Assembly (NCBI GenBank): GCA_016709225.1
Contig: JADJEE010000012.1
Span: forward strand, 2,115,630 to 2,179,629
DNA from: Deltaproteobacteria bacterium
GTDB taxonomy: Bacteria; Myxococcota_A; Polyangia; Nannocystales; Nannocystaceae
Reading direction: 5' to 3'
DNA: 64,000 bases
Numbering within the stretch: position 1 is the stretch's first letter; each line of letters opens with the position of its first letter. Below, in pieces: positions 18,424 to 27,888 of this stretch. Below the pieces are notes generated by a model. It saw only the letters and a program-made list of their open reading frames with translations. It searched no databases and had not been told where the DNA came from. The position numbers and the translations under genes are program-made.

Positions 18424-18507
18424 CACTCGATGTGCCCGACGCGCGACCTGGCCGCTCGGATTCCCAACCCGCGCCCGGCCCGCGCAGCGCCGCACCGGGC
18501 GCTGGAT

Positions 18508-20736
18508 TCACAGCGGCGCGCAGCCGTCGATGGCGCACGCGAGGCGCCGCCGCACCGACTTCGCCTGCACGGCCTCGTAGCTGTGATCGCCGGCCCGCGT
18601 GGTGCGGAAGCCGTCGATCGACAGGGCGCTGCCCGCGAAGCTCCCGTCGGCCTTGCCCGGGTAGACGTAGAGCACCTGCGAGGGGTGCACGGTCACGAGA
18701 TCCGCACGACCGTCGCCGGTGACGTCGAGCGGCGCCAGCACGTCGAAGCCCTCGCCGTCGAACAGCGAGGTCGGCATGGTGCCGGCGAAGCTCTCGACGC
18801 GGGTGCCGAACACACCGGTGGTGGTGCCGAGGTACACGTAGGCGGTGCCGTCGGTGTGCAATGTGACGAGGTCGGCCTTGCCGTCGCCGTCGACGTCGCC
18901 GAGGCCGATCGGCTCGAAGCCCTCGCCGTCGGGCAACGCGGGATTCATGGTGCCCGCGAACGATTCCACCGCGCTGCCGAAGGTGCCATCGGGCTTGCCG
19001 GGGAACACGTAGGCGCTGCCGCTGGTGTGCAGCGTGACGAGGTCGGCGCGGCCGTCACCGGTGACATCGGCGACATCGATCGGGAAGTGCCCTTCGCCGT
19101 CGAAGGTCGCGGAGTCGAAGGTGCCGGCGAACGAGCTGCTCGAGCCGCCGAACCGCGCGTCGGCGAGGCCAGGGTGCACGAACACGGAACCGCCGCGGGC
19201 GCTCACGAGATCGCCGCGGCCGTCGCCGTTCACGTCGGCGACGGCGATGGGCTCCCAGCTCGCCGCGTCGGTCAGGCTCACCGGGTACGTGCCGGCGAAC
19301 GACGAGACGCCGCTCGCGAAGGTGCCACCTGGTCGGCCGGGATAGACGTACGCGCTGCCGTCGTCGTATGCGGTGACGAGGTCGGCGAGCAGGTCGCCAT
19401 CGACGTCCGCGACGTCGATCACCAGGTGACCGGGCCCGCCGAAGATCGCCGTCGGCATGGTGCCGCCGAAGCTGGGTGGCGCGGGCAGCAGCACGCCATC
19501 GGGCGCGCCGAGGAACGGATACGCCGTGCCGTCGACCAGCGTGACGACATCAGCGATCTGATCGCCGTTGATGTCGCCGCGGGTGGCCTTCGACGGTGAG
19601 CTGCCGGCGTGGCAGTTGCCGCTGGCCTGGCTGTACGAGTTGCTGCCGACGAAGAGGTTGCCGAAGAAGTAGCGCTGGATGATCGCGGTGCCGGCCCCCT
19701 GCGACTGTCCGAAGCAGTTGTCGTCGATGTACGCCCCGACCTTGGGCTTGCCACGGATGACGATGCCCTGCTCGGTGCCGAGGAAGGTGTTGTGGTGGAT
19801 GTCGATCACGTCGCCGGCCCACGGCGAGCCGTCGCCGTCGGCCTCGTCTTGGCCGTGCATGTCGAGCGCGTGGCCGTTGCGCGTGGCGCCGATGTGATTG
19901 TGGCGAGCCTCGTACGAGATGCCGAGCCGGCCGGTGCCCGCGATCGAGTGGCGATTGGCGTTGTACTCGTTGTACTCGAAGATGCCGTCGGCCTCGTGTA
20001 CGAGCACGGTGCCGTAGCCGAGGCCCGTGCGTCGGTTGTGGTGGATCGCGTCGTGGTCGACGCGCGCCCGCACGGCGTAGTCGAGCAGGATCGCGGCGTG
20101 CGACCAGCCCGAGAGCTCGCTGTGGTCGACGCGCAGGCCATCGGCATGCATCGCGCGCACGGCCCGACACAGTGGCTCGCCATAGGCCGACGCCCCGATG
20201 TCCTGGTCGGGGCCGAGCAGTCGCACGCCGGTGACGCGCACACCGTCACCCCCGGCGTCGAACAACGACGGCGTATCCTGGGTGTTGGTGCGAAGGATCG
20301 CTCCGCCTGCGCCGCCGTTGCCACCGCCGCCCGACAACGTGACCTGCGGCGGGATCACCAGACCACTCTTGCCGCTGAGATCGAGATCGGCACCGGCCTC
20401 GATCTCGATCACCGAGCCCGGGGTCGCGATCATCAGCGCGCTCTCGAGCTCGGCGACGGTGCCGACCGGGAGCACCACGACCTCCGACGGCGGTGGCTCG
20501 ACCGGCGGCAGCCCGGCGTCGCCGGTCGACGCGTCACCACCGGAGCTGTCGGCCGCGGTGCCGACGTCGCTGCCCGAGCTGCCCTCGATGCCACCGCTGG
20601 TGCCGTCGGCGGCGGAAGATGCCTCGCCGGCGCCCGTGCTCAGACCATCGTCGGTGCTGCCGGACGACCCGTGCGCCGGCGCATCGGCGCACGCGACGAG
20701 GAGCGCGGTCGGAAGCAGGATGACGAGCGATCGCAC
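18508..20736 (-). CDS. lipoprotein with a right-handed parallel beta-helix (pectate-lyase-like) domain and C-terminal FG-GAP/VCBS-type repeats
   Basis: A GTG at 20736 gives VRSLVILLPTALLVACAD (lipobox); the track start at 20772 is a TTG. Beta-helix signatures NHIGATRNGHALDMHGQ and VIDIHHNTF are present. There are seven repeats of D-V-[NT]-GDG-x-ADLV…FAGT (FG-GAP-like). Confidence 0.75.
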   Translation of the reverse strand: MRSLVILLPTALLVACADAPAHGSSGSTDDGLSTGAGEASSAADGTSGGIEGSSGSDVGTAADSSGGDASTGDAGLPPVEPPPSEVVVLPVGTVAELESALMIATPGSVIEIEAGADLDLSGKSGLVIPPQVTLSGGGGNGGAGGAILRTNTQDTPSLFDAGGDGVRVTGVRLLGPDQDIGASAYGEPLCRAVRAMHADGLRVDHSELSGWSHAAILLDYAVRARVDHDAIHHNRRTGLGYGTVLVHEADGIFEYNEYNANRHSIAGTGRLGISYEARHNHIGATRNGHALDMHGQDEADGDGSPWAGDVIDIHHNTFLGTEQGIVIRGKPKVGAYIDDNCFGQSQGAGTAIIQRYFFGNLFVGSNSYSQASGNCHAGSSPSKATRGDINGDQIADVVTLVDGTAYPFLGAPDGVLLPAPPSFGGTMPTAIFGGPGHLVIDVADVDGDLLADLVTAYDDGSAYVYPGRPGGTFASGVSSFAGTYPVSLTDAASWEPIAVADVNGDGRGDLVSARGGSVFVHPGLADARFGGSSSSFAGTFDSATFDGEGHFPIDVADVTGDGRADLVTLHTSGSAYVFPGKPDGTFGSAVESFAGTMNPALPDGEGFEPIGLGDVDGDGKADLVTLHTDGTAYVYLGTTTGVFGTRVESFAGTMPTSLFDGEGFDVLAPLDVTGDGRADLVTVHPSQVLYVYPGKADGSFAGSALSIDGFRTTRAGDHSYEAVQAKSVRRRLACAIDGCAPL

Positions 20737-20872
20737 GCGATCACGCTGGCACGCTCGCGACGCCGCCAACAAGCCCGCGGCCTACGCAGGAATGCCGAGC
20801 GCTCCGTCTTCGGGGCCGGCGTCGCGCGTCCACGCGCTCGGCGACCCGATGAACGGGTGAGCCCCGCCGCGC

Positions 20873-21943
20873 TCAGGGCAGCGTGTGCTCGGCAAAGAAA
20901 TCGAGCATGCGCTCGGTGGCGTCGACGGTGTCACTGTAGGGGCCGATGAACGAGTAGCACATCTCCGGCGTGCGGCCGGGCCAGCAGTGGCCCATCGGAT
21001 CGAGGGTGCACATGCGGACGTCGCCGTCGCCGTCGCAGTCGGTCCACGTGCGGCAGCTGCCGCCGTCGAGCTCCTCGACGATCGGCTCGGGATCGCAGCC
21101 GTCGATCTCGACCCAGCGATCGATCGTCGCGTTCGCGGCGGCGATCGGCACCAGGGGATCCTGCACGCCATTGAAGGCAAACACCGGCATCGGTCGCTCG
21201 GGTGTGCAGGTGTCGAGGGGGATCTGGAGCGACCCGACCACCGGCGCCACGGCGGCGAAGAGATCCGCGGCCTCGCAGGCGAGGCGGTTCGACATGAAGC
21301 CGCCGTTCGACAGCCCCGTGGCGTAGATCCGCTGGGGGTCGACGCACGCGGCCGACGCGATGTCGGCGACCACGGCGCGGATGAAACCGACATCGTCGAC
21401 GCCGCCCGCCGACGAGTTGCCGCAGCACGCACCGGCGTTCCACGAGTTGTTCAACCCCTCGGGATGGGCGACGACGATGCCGCGAGGATCGGCGGCGTCG
21501 ATCATCTGCGACCACTGCGACTGCATCGTCGGGTTGGACAGGAAGCCATGCATGTTGACGATGAGCGGCGCCGAGGACTCGGCGGTCGGCGAGACGTGGA
21601 GGTAGTAGCGTCGTTCGACACCGTCGAAGTCGAGCGTGCGCTCGTAGTCGCCGGGCGCCAGGGGCAGCTCCACGTCGCAACCCGCCGCCGGCGGGCCGCT
21701 GTCCTCCGACGAGCTGCCGTCGCTGTCGCCCGCGCCGTCGGTGGTGTCGGCCGTGGTGGGCTCGGCCGTGGTCGCGCCGCCGGTGGTCACGCCACCCTCG
21801 GTGGAGGAACCCGCAGTGCTCGCCCCGGCCTCCGAGGAGCCGGAGCTGCCGGAGCTGCTGCCGTCTTCGCTCCCGCCGCCCGAACCACCCGTCGAGCCAC
21901 ACGCACCAAGCACCAAGCAGATCGATCCGACGAGAGTCCGCAT
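20873..21943 (-). CDS. esterase, PHB depolymerase / LpqC-like alpha/beta hydrolase family, lipoprotein
   Basis: The ATG at 21943 gives MRTLVGSICLVLGACGS. The nucleophile elbow is GLSNGG (GxSxG). The fold is alpha/beta hydrolase, after a Ser/Gly/Thr linker. Confidence 0.75.
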   Translation of the reverse strand: MRTLVGSICLVLGACGSTGGSGGGSEDGSSSGSSGSSEAGASTAGSSTEGGVTTGGATTAEPTTADTTDGAGDSDGSSSEDSGPPAAGCDVELPLAPGDYERTLDFDGVERRYYLHVSPTAESSAPLIVNMHGFLSNPTMQSQWSQMIDAADPRGIVVAHPEGLNNSWNAGACCGNSSAGGVDDVGFIRAVVADIASAACVDPQRIYATGLSNGGFMSNRLACEAADLFAAVAPVVGSLQIPLDTCTPERPMPVFAFNGVQDPLVPIAAANATIDRWVEIDGCDPEPIVEELDGGSCRTWTDCDGDGDVRMCTLDPMGHCWPGRTPEMCYSFIGPYSDTVDATERMLDFFAEHTLP

Positions 21944-22071
21944 GAGGGTGCGCTTGGGTTGGATCCGAGGCGCGCGAGGTTCCGGCGATGCCCGCGACCA
22001 CGGGCGACGCCGGCTCGGACCGCGTTCGTCGAGGCTTGTCCGGGGCGAGCGCAGTGCGATCGGGCACCGCG

Positions 22072-23214
22072 TCATCGCAGGCGCTTGCTCGCCTCGAGGC
22101 GCTCGCTCGCGTAGCCCCGCTGCAGCAGCCCGCGCACGAGCCGACTCCGGTAGATCCCGCTGCCGACCAGCACGTCCATCGCGTCCTGCACCGCCAGCCG
22201 CATGGCGCTGGGCACCGCGATGTCGGCGAAGCGCCGCCGCTTCATCTGCGCGAGCGCGGCCGCGGTGCCGCCGTGCAGCGCGGCCTCACCCGCGAGCATG
22301 CCGGTGTGCAGCGCCTGCCAGATACCCTCGCCCGCGAGCGGGTCGACGTTGTAGCCGGCGTCGCCGGCCACCAAGAGTCCGGGCACGGTGTGCGGCGCCG
22401 GTGGGACCGCCAGCGGCAACGCCCAGCTGCGCGTGCGACCGACCAGCTGCGCGTGTGCGAAGCGATCGCGGTGCGTGGCCTTGAACGCCTCGAACAACGC
22501 GACCAACGAGCGGCCGTGGGCGTGGAATCGATCCGCGCGCTGGTACACGCCGACGTTCGCGACGCCATCGACAGCTGGGAAGATCCAGCCATAGCCCGCC
22601 CGCAGATCGTGCTCGAAGAAGTGCTCGGCGGCGTCGGGCCACGCGCCCGGTTCCACGCCCGTCATGTACGCCGTGAGCGCGACCGCGAGGTGTCGGCCGC
22701 GACGGTACGGCTGCCCGAGCGCGCTCTGGGCCAGCGAGCCCGGCCCGTCCGCCGCGATCACGACGTCGGCATGCAGGCACTCGCCGCCGGCGAGCTCGAC
22801 CCCGGTCACGCGCGCGCCGATGCGGCGCAACCCGGTCGCGCGGACCCCCTCGCGCAGCTCCGCGCCAGCGCGCTCGAGCCCGCCGCGCAGCGCGTCGTCC
22901 AACGCGAGCCGCGGCACGATGTAGCCCGGCCGCGCGCCGAAGCTGCGGACGATCGCACCGGCCTCGGGCAGCAACGCGACGCCGGTGTCGACCCGTGCGT
23001 GGGGCACGGCCGCCAGCGCGCTCGCGGCATCGCGTGCGCCAGTGAACTCCGCGAACAGCTCGGCGGCGCGGTTCGAGATCGCGTCGCCGCAGGTCTTCGG
23101 CCGCGGAAATCTCGCGCGATCGATCACGATCACGCGCGCGCCGGCGCGCGCGACCACCGTGCCCGCCGCGCAGCCGGCCGGCCCGGCGCCGATGATCACG
23201 ACATCGATGGGCAT
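22072..23214 (-). CDS. FAD-dependent oxidoreductase, geranylgeranyl reductase / FixC family
   Basis: The N-terminal dinucleotide-binding motif is VVIIGAGPAGCAAG. The GD motif is VAGDAGYNVDPLAGEGI. It has no signal peptide, so it is cytoplasmic. Confidence 0.8.
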   Translation of the reverse strand: MPIDVVIIGAGPAGCAAGTVVARAGARVIVIDRARFPRPKTCGDAISNRAAELFAEFTGARDAASALAAVPHARVDTGVALLPEAGAIVRSFGARPGYIVPRLALDDALRGGLERAGAELREGVRATGLRRIGARVTGVELAGGECLHADVVIAADGPGSLAQSALGQPYRRGRHLAVALTAYMTGVEPGAWPDAAEHFFEHDLRAGYGWIFPAVDGVANVGVYQRADRFHAHGRSLVALFEAFKATHRDRFAHAQLVGRTRSWALPLAVPPAPHTVPGLLVAGDAGYNVDPLAGEGIWQALHTGMLAGEAALHGGTAAALAQMKRRRFADIAVPSAMRLAVQDAMDVLVGSGIYRSRLVRGLLQRGYASERLEASKRLR

Positions 23215-23217
23215 GCG

Positions 23218-24831
23218 TCAGCGGGCCGCCACGCCGACGAGGCGATCGTTGGCGGTCGTGCGGTAGATCCACCGGTTGTCGGGGGTGGTGAACGACCAGA
23301 TGCGCGTGGGGTCGTGGCTCTCGTCGAGCTCGCGCACGCGCGCGTTGACCTGGCCCTGGGCGCCGAAGATCGCGGCGTCGGTCACCAGCAGGTGGCCACC
23401 GGCGATGCGATCGGCGTCGCCGGCGAAGATCACCTGGAACGGTGGCTCGTCGTCCTCCCACGCCACGCTCGCGGTCATGCCGACGTCGTCGAGTGCGTAG
23501 CGGACCGCACGGGTCTCGACCGCCAGCGGCGAGATGTACGGGTTGCCGTTGCCGTTGTCGAACAGCAACAGCGTGCCGTCGTCCTGCCACTGCGGCGCGT
23601 GCTGGTGGAAGAACCACGTGTCGCCACCATCGAGGGCGAAGTCGCCTTCGTCACCCAAGCGCCACAGCACGTCGCCGGTCGCGTAGTCGATCGCGATGAT
23701 CCAGTCCTGGTGACGCAGGGACATCGTGATCACACCGGTGGTCTCGTCGAGCAACACCGCGTTGGCATGGGTCCAGTCGAGCGCACTCTCGCCATCGACG
23801 GGATTGACGATGAGGTCCTCGCCGTTCTCGCGGCGCCGCTGCGGATCGAGGTGATCGAACGAGTTCCAGCTCCACACCACATCGCCGTCGAGGGTGAACT
23901 CGACGATGGTGTCACCGACGGTGTAGCGGGTGCCGAGGTCGGGGTAGTCGACGTCGCGGAAGTCCTGCGAGATGGCCATGAAGTTGCCGTTCGACAGCTC
24001 GATGACGTCGTGGTGCAGCGTCGGCAGCCCGAGGTCGACGGCGTGGATCTCGGTGAGCACGTTGCCGAGCTCGTCGCGGATCCAGAACGTGTCGCCGCTG
24101 ATGCCGAGGATCGTGCCGTCGGCGCGCAGCCGCACGGCCACCCACACCGCCGGCGGACCCACCAGGGTCGTGGGCGCCGAGAGGTACCAGCGGGTGATGC
24201 CGGCCGGATCGATCATGATCGCACCCGCGAAGTCGCCGGCCGGCCACGGGTTCCAGTCCGACATGCGAAAGAGCGGCGCAGGCTCGACGTCGCTGGTCTC
24301 GAGCGCGAAGGCGCCGACGAAGCCGTTCAACGCCGCCGGCGTCTCGAACTCGACCTCACCGCTCGTAGCCGCGCCGCCCTCGGTGGCCGCGACCTCGAAC
24401 TGCAGCGTGTGCATGGTCGCCGGTGCCAGGCCACGCACGCGGAAGTGCAGGTGCGTGTCGTCGCCGCCCTCGGTCGCCGCGATCACCACGCCCTGATCGG
24501 TGGCGTGTGCGACGCTCGCCGAGCCGGCCGCGCTCAGCGTCAGCACGAGATCGGCGACCATCGGCTGGCCGTCGTAGGTGGTGATCTCGGCCTCGACCTC
24601 GATCGGCACCACGCCGCTCGAGCTGTCGGCCGCGCTGCTCGAGCTGTCGGCCGACGTGGTCGTCGCGCTCGTCATCGTGGTCGATGCAGTGGTGGTCGCG
24701 GTCTCGCTGCCGCCGTCACTCGACGACGACGACGACGCGCCGGCCTCGTCGGCGGCGGCACCATCGTCGGCGCAGCCGGGGGCAAAGGGCACGAGCGCGA
24801 GCGAAATCCAAGTCTTCGTCAGGGCCTTCAT
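23218..24831 (-). CDS. arylsulfotransferase (ASST)-like beta-propeller lipoprotein (family assignment tentative)
   Basis: The ATG at 24831 gives MKALTKTWISLALVPFAPGCADDG, followed by a long Ser/Thr linker. The C-terminal 430 aa has W/D-rich propeller repeats resembling ASST. Confidence 0.6.
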   Translation of the reverse strand: MKALTKTWISLALVPFAPGCADDGAAADEAGASSSSSSDGGSETATTTASTTMTSATTTSADSSSSAADSSSGVVPIEVEAEITTYDGQPMVADLVLTLSAAGSASVAHATDQGVVIAATEGGDDTHLHFRVRGLAPATMHTLQFEVAATEGGAATSGEVEFETPAALNGFVGAFALETSDVEPAPLFRMSDWNPWPAGDFAGAIMIDPAGITRWYLSAPTTLVGPPAVWVAVRLRADGTILGISGDTFWIRDELGNVLTEIHAVDLGLPTLHHDVIELSNGNFMAISQDFRDVDYPDLGTRYTVGDTIVEFTLDGDVVWSWNSFDHLDPQRRRENGEDLIVNPVDGESALDWTHANAVLLDETTGVITMSLRHQDWIIAIDYATGDVLWRLGDEGDFALDGGDTWFFHQHAPQWQDDGTLLLFDNGNGNPYISPLAVETRAVRYALDDVGMTASVAWEDDEPPFQVIFAGDADRIAGGHLLVTDAAIFGAQGQVNARVRELDESHDPTRIWSFTTPDNRWIYRTTANDRLVGVAAR

Positions 24832-24948
24832 GGGGGCCCTTGGAGCCTGCCACATCGGCGCGTGGCGAGCGTGGGACGGCGCTCGTGCGTTCTCACCCAC
24901 CCTCGTCGATGCGTTCGTGGCACGGAACCACTGGTGTCGCGGCCAAGG

Positions 24949-25881
24949 CTACGAGCCTGCGTTGCAGCGACCCAGCACGCAGCGCGCCCCCGAAGGGCAG
25001 CCAGCATCGACGACGCACTCGCGGTCGCCGGACAGGCACGCCCCGACCTCGCAGCGGGTGCCGCCGGGGCAATCGCCGTCCTTCCAGCAGTGGCGCGCGC
25101 CGCCGAGGCAGCGACCGAACTCGCACCGCGCCTCGCCCTCGCAGTCGAGATCGCGCTCGCACTCGCGCTTGCCGGTCGCGCAGCGGCCCATCTCGCAGCG
25201 ACGCTCGCCGCCGCAGTCGCGATCGACCATGCACTGCCTCGTGCCCTCGGTGCAGCGATTGAACTGGCACCGCTTGCCGGCGGCGCAGTCGGCATCGCGC
25301 AGGCAGTCGCGACCGCCCTCGACGCAGCGACCGAACACGCAGCGACGCTCGTTGCTCGCGCCGCAGTCGACGTCGAGCAGGCACTCGCCCGCGGTCGCGA
25401 CACAGGCCCCGAACATGCACAGCTGATCGCTCTCGGGGCACGCTCGTCCGTCGCCGCAGCTGCGCACACCTGGCAGGCAGGTCGATTGCTCGCAGCGCGC
25501 AGCGGCGCCGCAGTCGTCGTCCTTCTCGCAGTTGTGCTCGCCGTCGACGCAGAAGCCCCCGTTGCAGCGCTCCCACGGACTGCACTCCGCATCACGCTTG
25601 CACGTGGTCAGCACGATCTCGCCGCCACCACCGGGCCCCGGTGGCAGACGGATCTCGTGGGGCAGCTCGGGCGGAGGTTGGGTTGTCGTCGCGTCGGGCG
25701 TCCCCTCGGATGCGACCGTGGGCGGCTTCGGACGCGGCGTCACGGGGCCGGGCGTCCGCGGCGGAGCGGGTCGCTCGACCCGCACCGCCGGCGTGGTCGT
25801 GCGCGGCCGGACCACGACCCACGCAGTGGTCCCGACCACCGTCGTCGCCGCCGCCACCAGGGCCCATCCGACCAGACGCAT
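24949..25881 (-). CDS. membrane-anchored protein with about ten Myxococcus cysteine-rich repeats
   Basis: The repeated unit RC-x-FGRC-x-GGR-x-C-x-xD-xDC occurs about ten times. The N-terminal signal anchor is MRLVGWALVAAATTVVGTTAWVVV. The track start at 25929 is a TTG with poor upstream codon usage. Confidence 0.65.
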   Translation of the reverse strand: MRLVGWALVAAATTVVGTTAWVVVRPRTTTPAVRVERPAPPRTPGPVTPRPKPPTVASEGTPDATTTQPPPELPHEIRLPPGPGGGGEIVLTTCKRDAECSPWERCNGGFCVDGEHNCEKDDDCGAAARCEQSTCLPGVRSCGDGRACPESDQLCMFGACVATAGECLLDVDCGASNERRCVFGRCVEGGRDCLRDADCAAGKRCQFNRCTEGTRQCMVDRDCGGERRCEMGRCATGKRECERDLDCEGEARCEFGRCLGGARHCWKDGDCPGGTRCEVGACLSGDRECVVDAGCPSGARCVLGRCNAGS

Positions 25882-26033
25882 GCAGGTGAGCACGATGGTA
25901 GTGCATCGAGTGCGCCGTTGCGAACCCAACGCCCGGGCGTGGGTGCTCGCGATGCCAGTGTCACTGGTGTCGTTTGGGGTGTCGCTCGGGGCATCGCTCG
26001 GGGCGTCGCCTGGGGGTGCTACGATCGCGCGCC

Positions 26034-26828
26034 ATGTCCGGTTCCGATCGCGTCCTTCTCACCGTGACCGAGCACGTCGCCCACGTGCGACTGAACCGCC
26101 CCGACAAGCGCAACGGTCTCGACTTCGCGATGTTCGACGCGTTGGTGCGCACGGGGCTGTCGCTGCGCGATCGCGGCGACGTGCGGGCGGTGGTGCTGTC
26201 GGGCGAGGGCAAGGCCTTCTGCGCCGGGCTCGATTGGATGGCGTTCCTCGGCGGTGATGCCTCGCGCCGCGCCGAGCTGTTGCTGCGCGACGACGACAGC
26301 CCGGCCAACCTCGCCCAGCGCGCGTGCTGGATCTGGACCGAGCTCTCGATGCCGGTCATCGCGGTGGTGCACGGCGCGACCTTCGGTGGCGGCCTGCAGC
26401 TGGCGCTCGCGGCCGACCTGCGGCTGCTCGCCCGCGACGCGCAGCTGTCGGTGATGGAGATCCGCTACGGCCTCGTGCCCGACATGACCGCGTCGCAGAC
26501 GCTGCTCCGACTGGTGCGAGACGACCTGGCGCGCGAGCTGGTCTACACCGGCCGCGTGGTCGAGGCCGAAGAGGCGGTGCGCCTGGGGCTCGGCACCCGC
26601 GTGTGCGACGATCCGCTGGCCGAGGCACTGGCGCTGGCGCGCACCATCGCGGGCGCGTCGCCCTCGGCGATGCGCAGCGCCAAGCAGCTGTGCACGACCT
26701 CACCGCAGCTGTCGACCGCCGACGCGCTGCGGCTCGAGACCGAGCTACAGCTGGGCCTGCTCGGCACCGCCGAGCAGATGGAGGCGGTCAGCGCCTCGAT
26801 GCAGAAGCGCGTGCCGGTGTTCGAGTAG
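26034..26828 (+). CDS. enoyl-CoA hydratase/isomerase (crotonase superfamily)
   Basis: The motifs RPDKRNGLD, GEGKAFCAGLD and GGGLQLALAADLRL form the crotonase oxyanion-hole signature. Confidence 0.85.
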   Translation: MSGSDRVLLTVTEHVAHVRLNRPDKRNGLDFAMFDALVRTGLSLRDRGDVRAVVLSGEGKAFCAGLDWMAFLGGDASRRAELLLRDDDSPANLAQRACWIWTELSMPVIAVVHGATFGGGLQLALAADLRLLARDAQLSVMEIRYGLVPDMTASQTLLRLVRDDLARELVYTGRVVEAEEAVRLGLGTRVCDDPLAEALALARTIAGASPSAMRSAKQLCTTSPQLSTADALRLETELQLGLLGTAEQMEAVSASMQKRVPVFE

Positions 26829-26862
26829 CGACGGCGCACGCGGCCGAGCCTTCGGCCCGTGC

Positions 26863-27888
26863 TCAGGCCGGGCGCAGCAGCTCGACCGCGAACCACTGCC
26901 GCTCGTCGGTCCACGCGCGATCGACCCGCAGGCCCGCCGCGCGGGCCATCAGCGCGAAATCGTGGGGCCGGTACTTGTGCGAGTACTCGGTGACGATCGA
27001 CTCGCCGTCGCGGAAGCGGAACCGCTGCCCGGCGACGGTGACGATCTGCGCGCAGGTCGATACCAGCGTCATCACCACCCGCGACTGTGCATCGTCGACG
27101 AACGCGCGGTGGCGGAAGCGCATCGGCTCGAAGTCAGCCCCGAGCTCGCGGTTGATGCGATGCAGCAGGTTGAGGTTGAACTCCGCGGTCACGCCGGCGG
27201 CGTCGTCGTAGGCGGGCTCGAGGATGGTCGGCGACTTCATCAGGTCGATGCCGATGAGCACCGCACCACCGGGGCCGGCCATGTGACGCATGCTCTCGAG
27301 CAGGGCGATGGCCCGCGGGCGCTCGAAGTTGCCGATCGTCGAGCCGGGGAAGTAGACCACCCGCGGGGCCGGCACCGCGGGCAACGGCAGCGGTCGCATG
27401 AAGTCGCCCGCGACCGGGAGGATCTCGATCGCGGGGTACTGTCGCCGCAGGCCGACCGCGGTGGCCTCGAGGTGCTCGCGCGAGATGTCGACCGGGACGT
27501 AGCTGCGCGGCCGATCGAGCGCATCGAGCAGCAGCCGGCTCTTGGTCGAGCTGCCGCTGCCGAGCTCGATGATGCTCGCGCCGGGGCCGATCGCATCGGC
27601 CATCGCGCCGGCGTACTCGGCCATCAGCGCCAGCTCGGTGCGAGTGACGTAGTACTCGGGCAGATCGCAGATCGCGTCGAACAGCGCCGAGCCGCGCTCG
27701 TCGTAGAAGAACTCGGTCGGCAGGCGCTTGTCGGGCCGCGCGAGCCCCTCGAGCACGAGCGCACGGAAGCGGTCGACACCGGCGAGCGCGTTGGCGGGCT
27801 CTTGATCGAGCACCGCCGTGGAGTCGGCGAACGCGTCGTCGCGGTCGAGGCCTTGCCGCGCGGTGCGGGGCGATGCTGGACGTGTCAT
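26863..27888 (-). CDS. egtD: L-histidine N-alpha-methyltransferase (hercynine-forming), ergothioneine biosynthesis
   Basis: IIELGSGSSTKSRLLL and YFPGSTIGNFERP are EgtD signatures. The ATG is at 27888. The upstream 92 aa of the track ORF is junk. It overlaps egtB by 4 bp. Confidence 0.85.
   Translation of the reverse strand: MTRPASPRTARQGLDRDDAFADSTAVLDQEPANALAGVDRFRALVLEGLARPDKRLPTEFFYDERGSALFDAICDLPEYYVTRTELALMAEYAGAMADAIGPGASIIELGSGSSTKSRLLLDALDRPRSYVPVDISREHLEATAVGLRRQYPAIEILPVAGDFMRPLPLPAVPAPRVVYFPGSTIGNFERPRAIALLESMRHMAGPGGAVLIGIDLMKSPTILEPAYDDAAGVTAEFNLNLLHRINRELGADFEPMRFRHRAFVDDAQSRVVMTLVSTCAQIVTVAGQRFRFRDGESIVTEYSHKYRPHDFALMARAAGLRVDRAWTDERQWFAVELLRPA

Noticed and set aside
17482-19599. 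705-aa plus-strand ORF
   Set aside because: It is antisense to the lipoprotein and beta-helix/FG-GAP genes and is His/Arg/Gly-rich junk.
21988-26067. 1359-aa plus-strand ORF, the longest in the track
   Set aside because: It is Arg/Ala/Gly/Pro-rich with no motif. It runs antisense to five well-supported minus-strand genes (esterase, FAD oxidoreductase, ASST-like, Cys-repeat protein). It is a typical stop-free antisense frame in 70% GC DNA.
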